A DNA stretch of 64,000 nt, from positions 8,764 to 72,763 of the forward strand of contig CAZOMY010000010.1 in assembly GCA_964581115.1 (NCBI GenBank). Reading direction: 5' to 3'. Numbering within the stretch: position 1 is the first letter of the stretch; the number at the start of each line of letters is the position of its first letter. This document shows positions 56,872 through 64,000 of the stretch, piece by piece. The notes below the pieces were generated by a model. It searched no databases, had not been told where the DNA came from, and was given only the letters and a program-made list of their open reading frames with translations. A program made the position numbers and the translations under genes. Source of the stretch: an uncultured Ignavibacteriaceae bacterium (GTDB taxonomy: Bacteria > Bacteroidota > Ignavibacteria > UBA10030).

Positions 56872-57510
56872 TCAGGCCCCTTTCTCGTTCTGCGCCCGCG
56901 CAGCCGAGAATTCGATGGCGACGAACAGGCCGATGATCACGAAGGCGGTGATCCAGCCCAGAATCGACGTCGGACCTTCGAAGATGAGGAGGAGAATGAA
57001 GATGAGGAACGCCAGTCGAGAGGCGCGAAGCACGTCTTTCATGGTCTCAGCCCTTGAGGTTGATGCCTTAGGGACAGCAGAGAGGACCGGTCCACCTTCC
57101 ACAAATGGCAATGGCCGGCCGTCCACTTCCCAATTCTTGATCCGGGACAGGTCGCTACACAACGTCAGAAAGCGGGCAAATGATTCCTCGTCGGCCTGCA
57201 GGTACGACTGCACGAAACGGTCGCGCGGTCCGGTCGGAGCTCTCTCGAGAACGGTCCGGAGCAACGTCATCGTCCGTTCGACGCCCGCCTGGAATTCTGT
57301 TGCCATCTGGTCGAATCCCCCGGCCCCGCGGCCGATGCGCCGCATCACCTCTTGTGAACGAACGAGGAACTTGGCGTGAAAGCAAGCATCGAGGAACGGC
57401 TGCGCCATCCCCTCGGAAGCCCGTTGCAGGAGAAGCGTCAGTGCCTCACGGTCCGAGAGAGGTCCTTTGCCGTCGGTCTCGAGAGCGGTCAAGAGATCAG
57501 GTATCGTCAT
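56872..57510 (-). CDS. Hypothetical protein with two C-terminal TM helices
   Basis: Helical N-terminal region; TM pair LAFLIFILLLIF / ILGWITAFVIIGLFVAI; GTAT/ATGA-style coupling to both neighbours. Confidence 0.7.
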   Translation of the reverse strand: MTIPDLLTALETDGKGPLSDREALTLLLQRASEGMAQPFLDACFHAKFLVRSQEVMRRIGRGAGGFDQMATEFQAGVERTMTLLRTVLERAPTGPRDRFVQSYLQADEESFARFLTLCSDLSRIKNWEVDGRPLPFVEGGPVLSAVPKASTSRAETMKDVLRASRLAFLIFILLLIFEGPTSILGWITAFVIIGLFVAIEFSAARAQNEKGA

Positions 57511-58358
57511 AAAGAGATGCGCAATGCAATGAAAACGAGCACAGCGAACGTTCCGCTCAGATAGATCGCACGTATCGCGTTTCGGGGTCGCGCCGTCGTC
57601 GGGTCGAGCAGGCGGACGGTCGAAGCAAGGATGGCGACGTCCATCACGCCGATCGCGACGAGATAGACGGGGTCAAGACGCCCGATCAGGAACGGCGCAA
57701 GACTCAGGACGACGAGCGATCCGAAGATCGCTGCGCTGACGTACATCGCTGCAGCGCGTCCATGCACGATCGCCAACGATCGGGAGCCGATCAAACGGTC
57801 CCCCTCGGCGTCCATCGCGTCGGCGGCGATCTCTTCACCCAGATCGAGCAGGAAGGCGATCGCACCGAACCACCAGACGAGCCATTCGTCCGTCCGCCCA
57901 ACCGAGATCCCGCCGAAGACAAACGTCACCCCGACGGAGAATGCGACCATGAGGTTCCCTGCGAGCCCTGAACGCTTGAACCGCCAGTTGTAGAGGATGC
58001 CGATCACCCAGACAACGAAGGCGAAGCCGAGGGCAACGGGCGACAGCACCGCGCTCAGTGCCAGACCTGACGCAGCGACGACCAGCGACAACACGATCGC
58101 CTGACGGGGTGTGACGGCGCCGGACGGCAACGGCCGATGCGGGGCGTTCACCCGGTCGACCTCCAGATCGAAAACGTCGTTCAGGATCAAAGCCGTCGCT
58201 GAGATACAAAAGATGCTCGCGAACCCGAGCGCGACCGTGGTCCATCTCGGCAACTCACCGAGAGCCAGGATCTGTCCCAGCACCACGCACAGCCCCGCCG
58301 TGAGCGGCAACTCCAACCTGAACAGCCGGAACATCCCTTCGATCGATGCTCGGATCAT
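57507..58358 (-). CDS. UbiA-family prenyltransferase (DGGGP-synthase-like)
   Basis: LNDVFDLEVDRVNAPHRPLPSG (NDxxDxxxD), second motif GEEIAADAMDAEGD; multi-TM. Confidence 0.88.
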   Translation of the reverse strand: MIRASIEGMFRLFRLELPLTAGLCVVLGQILALGELPRWTTVALGFASIFCISATALILNDVFDLEVDRVNAPHRPLPSGAVTPRQAIVLSLVVAASGLALSAVLSPVALGFAFVVWVIGILYNWRFKRSGLAGNLMVAFSVGVTFVFGGISVGRTDEWLVWWFGAIAFLLDLGEEIAADAMDAEGDRLIGSRSLAIVHGRAAAMYVSAAIFGSLVVLSLAPFLIGRLDPVYLVAIGVMDVAILASTVRLLDPTTARPRNAIRAIYLSGTFAVLVFIALRISL

Positions 58359-58424
58359 GATGCGAAGATCTGATCGACGGCCACTGACCTCTCGCTTTCC
58401 CCGGCAGTGTCGTGTCGAGTCCTT

Positions 58425-58517
58425 CCGATGATCACTGACCCCTCCACTCGCTTCGCTCGCTCGGGGTCGCTCGGGGCATGCCGCTGATCACTGATAACCG
58501 ATCACTGACAACCGACT
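58425..58517. repeat. REP-like element embedded in a CTGATCA-type heptamer array
   Basis: CTGACCCCTCCACTCGCTTCGCTCGCTCGGGGTCGCTCGGGGC, then ctgatca ctgataa ccgatca ctgacaa ccgactc. Confidence 0.7.
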
Positions 58518-58526
58518 CTCTCTTCC

Positions 58527-59111
58527 TCAATCCTTCATCGCCCAGACCCTGAGGAGTCGCTCGAGATCCTCCTCCGCAATCTTTGGCATCTCGTATGCCC
58601 CCGCCTTCATCCTTTGTCGCGCCGCTTCGAACAACGACACGGCACAGGCGACGGAGACATTCAGACTCTGGATCATCCCGAACATCGGGATCATGACCGA
58701 TCCATCGGCCTCAGATGCCGCTTCGTCGGAGACGCCCCGATGTTCGTTACCGAACACGAAGGCGGTGGGTCGGGTCAGGTCGAGGTCGTAGAGCGACCGG
58801 GCCTGCGAGTCGAGCCGGGTGGCATAGACGGCGAATCCTTCGGACCTCAGGCGAGCGTAACATTCGGCGACCGAGCGGTGCGAGGTGCGCTCCACCCACT
58901 TGCGGGCGCTGGCCGAACTTTTGGCCCCGATATCGGGGAACGACTCATGCGTATAGACCAGATGCACGCCCAGGACCCCCACAGCGTCGCACGAGCGGAG
59001 CATCGCGCTGACGTTGTGCGGGTCGTGGATGTTCTCCATGACGACGGTCAGGTCGGGCTGTCGACGCCTCAAGGCCGCGCGCAGCTTCGCAAGGCGCTCG
59101 TCGGTCCTCAT
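58527..59111 (-). CDS. trmH: tRNA (guanosine-2'-O)-methyltransferase, SpoU/TrmH family
   Basis: RRRQPDLTVVMENIHDPHNVSAMLRSCDAVG, FGNEHRGVS, IPMFGMIQSLNVSVA; true start 59111. Confidence 0.93.
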   Translation of the reverse strand: MRTDERLAKLRAALRRRQPDLTVVMENIHDPHNVSAMLRSCDAVGVLGVHLVYTHESFPDIGAKSSASARKWVERTSHRSVAECYARLRSEGFAVYATRLDSQARSLYDLDLTRPTAFVFGNEHRGVSDEAASEADGSVMIPMFGMIQSLNVSVACAVSLFEAARQRMKAGAYEMPKIAEEDLERLLRVWAMKD

Positions 59112-60043
59112 GCGTGCTCCTCGGGGATCTCGGCCCCGCTGCCGCGAAGCTGGAGGACCAGAACGGCTGAGAGGATCAGCACTCCGCCAAACACCTGAGT
59201 CGCCGAGACCGTCTCGCCCACCATGATCCACGCCGCGACGATCGCCACGATCGGCTCGAGCGTTCCAACGATACCGACGGCCGAGGCCTCCAAGCGATGC
59301 AGGCTGTATGCGAAAAAGCTGTATGGAAGCAGGACCGATAGGCACGAGAATAGGAGAAAGACAAGCCAGTCGTACGGTGTGTAACCCTCGGCGGCGAGCA
59401 CCCACGGGGGCTGGACCAGCAGCCAGAAGACCGTCGCGACACCGAACAGATACGTCAGCACCGTCCATTGTGAATATCGTGCGAGGAGCCGCTTGCTGCC
59501 GACAATCATCACGGCAAAGCAAACGGCCGAGCCCGGACCGCTCACGATCGACCATCCGGGAAGCGCGAGCGTTGCTCCCTCGCCTTTGACGGCAAGGTAG
59601 CAACCGACCAGGGCGAGCGCGAGCGCTCCGACCTTCAGGATGGAGCCCTGCTCCTCCTTTCGGACAAGGACCATGTAGAGCATGACGAGCGCCGGCGCCG
59701 TGTATTGAATGAGGATGGCCGCGGCGACGCTGGCTTCGCTGACCGTCAAGTAGTAGGTGTAGTTCGTCATAGCGACGCCGACGATCCCCAGCGCGATGAA
59801 GCGCGGGAGGTCACGACGTTGGATGCGGAAGACGCGACGATCGCGCCACACGAACCAGGCTGAGAGCAGGAGGAACGCGAAGGTCGGCCGCATCTGCGTG
59901 ATGATGAGCGGCGTGTACTCGCGCTGGAACAGGAACTTGGCAAGACCTGCGGAACTGCCCCAGAGCGCGACGGCAACGATCATGGCCAACGTGCCGGAAA
60001 GCGCGTTCCGACGAACGTCAATTGCGGGAACGGTCGATGTCAT
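59108..60043 (-). CDS. EamA/DMT family transporter
   Basis: Ten hydrophobic segments in two repeats; ALWGSS, ILIQYTAP, GTLEPIVA. Confidence 0.92.
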   Translation of the reverse strand: MTSTVPAIDVRRNALSGTLAMIVAVALWGSSAGLAKFLFQREYTPLIITQMRPTFAFLLLSAWFVWRDRRVFRIQRRDLPRFIALGIVGVAMTNYTYYLTVSEASVAAAILIQYTAPALVMLYMVLVRKEEQGSILKVGALALALVGCYLAVKGEGATLALPGWSIVSGPGSAVCFAVMIVGSKRLLARYSQWTVLTYLFGVATVFWLLVQPPWVLAAEGYTPYDWLVFLLFSCLSVLLPYSFFAYSLHRLEASAVGIVGTLEPIVAIVAAWIMVGETVSATQVFGGVLILSAVLVLQLRGSGAEIPEEHA

Positions 60044-60551
60044 CCGCGAGCGTGCGGTAGTAGCGCGCCTGCTCCTCGTCGCCCGTCATTTCACAGAGAT
60101 AGGCCAGACGCAACAGGACAACCTTTTTGTTCCCGACGACGGGAAGGCCTGAGCGCAGGAACGACAAGAGCTGTTCGACGGGAGGAATGTTGAGGTCGGG
60201 TTCATAGCAATCGGCGGCATTGACGTACGGCTCGACCTCCTCCGGCTTCGTCTCCGCCGCCTTGCGGTAGTAATGCAGGGCCAGCTCGAAATTGTCGTAT
60301 GCTGAATACGTCACCTCAAAGACGCTGGCCAACCATAGGAAGACATCATAAGCGAGGTCGGCGTGCTCCTTGGCCAACCGCTCGCCGAACAATCGTACTT
60401 CGTCGGGCGAGAGGGCGTTGTTCCAGAACAGCAGACGGTAGAGCTCAAGGTCCTTCACGCCGGCTTGAAGCGCCTCCTCAAAGGCGTCAAAGATGACGTT
60501 GAAGTCATCCGACGTGGAAAAGATCGAACGAAGTTCCTCGAGTGAGCGCAA
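60018..60551 (-). CDS. Hypothetical helical/TPR-like protein
   Basis: All-alpha pattern, ALHYYRKAAETKP; co-oriented in the operon; TTG start uncertain. Confidence 0.65.
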   Translation of the reverse strand: MRSLEELRSIFSTSDDFNVIFDAFEEALQAGVKDLELYRLLFWNNALSPDEVRLFGERLAKEHADLAYDVFLWLASVFEVTYSAYDNFELALHYYRKAAETKPEEVEPYVNAADCYEPDLNIPPVEQLLSFLRSGLPVVGNKKVVLLRLAYLCEMTGDEEQARYYRTLADDIDRSRN

Positions 60552-60628
60552 GGCGACGTCCTTGGTCGGCGGCGTGTGGCCACAACGTAGCCACTACAGG
60601 CCGCAGTTGCAATGCGGCCCGAGGACCG

Positions 60629-63600
60629 TCAGCGAATAAGCGTCACTTTGCGGGCCAACCGCCGTCCGCCGGCCTCGAGCACGATGAGGTACGTGCCCGA
60701 AGGCATGCCGCCGGCCTCCCAGGTCGTCATAAACGTCCCCGGGGGACGGGGCCCTACCATCAGGTCGGCCACCGACCGTCCGAGCAGATCGAAGACCCGC
60801 AGGCGGACTTCGGCCGCCTCCGGCAACATGAACCGGACCATCGTGCTGGGATTGAATGGATTAGGATAGGGAGCGAGCAGAGCGGCCTCGGCGGGAACAG
60901 AGCTCGCGTTATCCACGTGCGTGATCGGGCCTGAACCGCCTGATTCGGCATAGCGCCGGGCGAATTCGCGGACATACTGTCGCGCCAGCGGCCCCGAATG
61001 GATGATCAACGTGTTCTCGTCGTTGTCGGTCTCAGCCGACGACGACCAGTTGTGACTGCCGGTGATGGCGATCGGGTCACTCGCATCGTGGAACGGGTCG
61101 ACGACGCCATACTTGTGGTGGAAGTCTCCCAGAACCACTCCGTGTCCGGCCTTAAGGACATCCACCCCCGCCGATTGCAGAGGCACGAATTCCGAACCCG
61201 AATCGGTCGTGTTGTCGATGATCCCCCGGACGATCACGCCGGCGTTGCGTCGCGCGATCAATTCCATAGCGATGTCATCTCGCGTGAAGCTGAACAATCC
61301 GAACATGGCGTTGTGGTCGGCCGAATGCAGGGCCCGGATGATCGCCGCCGACGTCCGGTCGGATGGGCTGAAAAAGACCTCGACCTTCCGTCCTCCGACG
61401 ATGGTCCAGTGGGGGGTGTCGTCACGCTTGGTCGGTCCGAATCGCGCCGCGGAGGCGTTCGGGACGTCCGTGGAGCTTCCGAACATCTCATCGAACTCCT
61501 TGGTGTAGATCGACGCCAGCGACCGGTCCTGAATGAAGAGTGCGTTCTGCGCGTCGCGATACGTCCCGGCGTCCGTCACATTCCACGACCCCGTCACCAC
61601 CCAATCGTCCGTTGCATCCTCCGTCCCGCGGCCGTCAAAGACCCAGAACTTGTTGTGCATGCCCGAACCGGTGCTGACGACCGTTCGCTTCAAGACCGGG
61701 ATGCCGGCGTTGATGAGCGTGCTCAAGGGCACGGTCGTCGCCCGGTCGTGGAACACGACGCGCACAGACACCCCTCGGGACTTCGCCGCCACAAGCGAGT
61801 CTGCCACCCTCCCGGCAATGTCGTTCGCCAGCGCTGAAAAATCGTCGAACGAGTAGAGTGCGACGTCGATGGAATGGGTCGCCGCTGAGATTCGCTCGAG
61901 CAACTTGGCACCAAGATCGACACCGCCTTCAGCCGATTCAGCGAACGGCAGCGACGCTTCCACGGAATGGTTGAAATACAGCAGCATCTGTCCGCTGCTG
62001 GTCGACGATGTCGTCACGACATAGGCAGGCCCCGCGTCGCTCGTTCCCGAGGCATTCGCCGAGATAGCATAGTAGGTGTAGATCCGACCGGGCATGAGAC
62101 CGGTCACCATTGCGACGTGGTCCGTCGTCTCTCCGAGCATCGAAACGGAATCGCTCATCGCGTCGGAGGACCCATACAGCAGCTTCGTGCTACCGTCCGT
62201 GACCGTCGACCACCTCACCCTGAATCCGGTGTCAAAGAGGGAATCGACCACGGGGGTCGCGGAGATCTGGGGTCCCGGCAATGCCACCAGGTCAGCTGAG
62301 GTCCTCGGGATCAGTTGATACCGTGCCTGGTACTGGCCCAAGACACCGGTCGCATGGAGCGCGCCTGCAGGGATCGTGAGTCCGACAAGGGCCGATCCGG
62401 CCGGGATCCGAACGTCAAGTTGATTGACGCCGTCGGAGATCTGGTAGGTGGTGTTGCCGGCGAAGCTGCCGGACTGCACGAAGCGGACCTTCTCGAAGCG
62501 GACAAGCATCCCCTCGAAGGGTTCGGCCGCTTGCGGTAGGGTCAGCGTGCGGGCCGACGGCAACGGATGACCTGAACCGAAGGACCAGACACTGTCGATA
62601 TTCTTGATCTCCTGCAGGTTGTTGAACACGTCCATCGTTCCACGCACCTCGACGGAATCCCCCACGAGAAGACCGTTCGTCATCGGATCGTACAGTGCGA
62701 TCCCGCCCGTCGCGTCCTGGAGGTAGACCGTGTTCGTCGTCCCAGGCTGGACGTAGGTGACCAATCCTCTCACCCGCACGATACTGCCGACGGCGTATCC
62801 CCGGGCAACGCTCATGTCGATCCAGGTCTGGTTGGGGGCCGGGTCGCTCACGCCGACATCGCCGAACGACCTCGGCATGAGGCGGTAAGAGCCGTTGAAC
62901 TCATTCACGACGCCGACAACGTTCACAGAGTCGGCAGGGATCGGCGTGCCGGGAATGTTCGAATCCTTGTCAATGCGCACCTGGAAGGCACCGGACGGGT
63001 CGCCAGCCTGATACGTGCTGTCGACCCCAGCACCAAAAGCCCCAGCCTGGAAGAACTTCACCCGGTCGATGCGCACCAGCTTCGACTCGTGGATCTCGCC
63101 AAGATCCTCCGCGCGGATGCGGAGCGGGACAACGGGAGGACCTGCTGAGGTCACGCGCAACGAATCGGTCAGCGGGTCGATCTCGAGCAGACCGTTGAAG
63201 TCCTTCAGTGCCCCTTCCACCTCCCACACGTCGCCCGGCTTCGCGCGCTGGCTGAAGGTGTTGTTGAAGACAGCCAGTCCGGCCGACGTATCCTGCAAGT
63301 AGGCGGGCGATCCGAACTCACCGCCGACCGTGACCGTGCCTCGAACGCGTACGATCGACCCCGTTCCGAGCGTCCGGGCTTGGGCAATGGGAATGACACC
63401 GGAAGCGAACGTCAGGTTCTGAGGCGCGCTCATGGCGTTGCCGCTCGTGTCGGCGACGCTGGAAACGGTCAGGGTGTAGACTCCCGGCGCCATCGGGGAG
63501 GTTGTGAGGAGCACCCTTGAGCGGTTGGCGACATCGCGCGAAGCGTTCATGACCGTTGCGCCACCCGACAGAGCGTAGTTGGCCGTCAATGATGACGAAG

Positions 63601-64000
63601 CAGAATCCAGCGATTCGGTGAACTGGAGCCGAAGCGAAGTGTTGGTGAGGACCTTCAACGACAGGACCGCCGGGGCTTCGGTATCGGGACCTGCGCTCGG
63701 TGTTTCAATCGGGCTGGCCGCGTTCTGCGGCTGTGGAACATCGCGCAGAAGGAAGTCGACGCCGTTGTCGTTCGAATCGTAGCCATTGCCCAGCTCAGAG
63801 TCTGCCATGAGCATCGAAGCCGTCGTCGAGGATGACCGGGCCTTTCGTTCAATCGATTTCGGGTTACTGGACGTGGTCCCAGCGGCCGTGAAAGGCGTGC
63901 CCTCAAGCCCGAGAGTGTTGGCCGCATCCCAAGCAACCAGGTCGATCACCTGGTTTGTCGCCGTGTTGAAGATGCGCACGACGGCACGGTTGCTGCTGTT
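60629..64000 (-). CDS. T9SS multi-domain PLD-superfamily enzyme (lamin-tail-like, Ig, tandem OB folds, Fn3, two HKD domains, CTD); 5' end outside window
   Basis: Frame open to base 64000; VIDLVAW...SIERK...DSNDNGVDF (LTD-like); two OB-fold pairs (IVRVRGTV...YLQD); HKD motifs HNKFWVFD and HHKYGVVD, each followed by GSxN; CTD YPNPFNPST...SGTYLI. Confidence 0.88.
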   Translation of the reverse strand, partial: NSSNRAVVRIFNTATNQVIDLVAWDAANTLGLEGTPFTAAGTTSSNPKSIERKARSSSTTASMLMADSELGNGYDSNDNGVDFLLRDVPQPQNAASPIETPSAGPDTEAPAVLSLKVLTNTSLRLQFTESLDSASSSLTANYALSGGATVMNASRDVANRSRVLLTTSPMAPGVYTLTVSSVADTSGNAMSAPQNLTFASGVIPIAQARTLGTGSIVRVRGTVTVGGEFGSPAYLQDTSAGLAVFNNTFSQRAKPGDVWEVEGALKDFNGLLEIDPLTDSLRVTSAGPPVVPLRIRAEDLGEIHESKLVRIDRVKFFQAGAFGAGVDSTYQAGDPSGAFQVRIDKDSNIPGTPIPADSVNVVGVVNEFNGSYRLMPRSFGDVGVSDPAPNQTWIDMSVARGYAVGSIVRVRGLVTYVQPGTTNTVYLQDATGGIALYDPMTNGLLVGDSVEVRGTMDVFNNLQEIKNIDSVWSFGSGHPLPSARTLTLPQAAEPFEGMLVRFEKVRFVQSGSFAGNTTYQISDGVNQLDVRIPAGSALVGLTIPAGALHATGVLGQYQARYQLIPRTSADLVALPGPQISATPVVDSLFDTGFRVRWSTVTDGSTKLLYGSSDAMSDSVSMLGETTDHVAMVTGLMPGRIYTYYAISANASGTSDAGPAYVVTTSSTSSGQMLLYFNHSVEASLPFAESAEGGVDLGAKLLERISAATHSIDVALYSFDDFSALANDIAGRVADSLVAAKSRGVSVRVVFHDRATTVPLSTLINAGIPVLKRTVVSTGSGMHNKFWVFDGRGTEDATDDWVVTGSWNVTDAGTYRDAQNALFIQDRSLASIYTKEFDEMFGSSTDVPNASAARFGPTKRDDTPHWTIVGGRKVEVFFSPSDRTSAAIIRALHSADHNAMFGLFSFTRDDIAMELIARRNAGVIVRGIIDNTTDSGSEFVPLQSAGVDVLKAGHGVVLGDFHHKYGVVDPFHDASDPIAITGSHNWSSSAETDNDENTLIIHSGPLARQYVREFARRYAESGGSGPITHVDNASSVPAEAALLAPYPNPFNPSTMVRFMLPEAAEVRLRVFDLLGRSVADLMVGPRPPGTFMTTWEAGGMPSGTYLIVLEAGGRRLARKVTLIR

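Overview
GC-rich (about 60-65% by eye) bacterial DNA. Type IX secretion (T9SS) C-terminal domains, a PorV-like gene and a lone gatC suggest an FCB-group lineage outside Bacteroidia (Ignavibacteria/Kryptonia-like); this placement is inference. The left half (1.6-36 kb) is a large beta-glucan utilisation locus with no SusC/SusD pair. A 14-gene, ~28 kb minus-strand run encodes, in order: a non-catalytic multi-CBM T9SS protein, a non-SusC TonB-dependent receptor, a ~1150 aa protein with an atypical CTD, a PorV-like barrel, GH3, GluP, a ROK kinase, GH9, a SurA/parvulin-like protein, GH16, GH3, GH3, GH5 and a circularly permuted GH16. A convergent GH5-CBM6 gene completes the locus. Both transcription units have a correctly spaced sigma-54 -24/-12 motif. 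Directly upstream is a sugar-binding protein / atypical histidine kinase / sigma-54 response regulator trio. The right half has a four-gene cluster of unknown product (two Ddl-like ATP-grasp ligases, a GNAT, lysine 2,3-aminomutase), housekeeping genes (recG, pyrG, kdsB, gatC, plsC, namZ, trmH), a T9SS metzincin with a coupled partner, a T9SS multi-domain PLD, and many short-period intergenic repeats. I found no tRNA, rRNA, CRISPR array, transposase or prophage. All domain calls come from motif recognition by eye; no database search was run.
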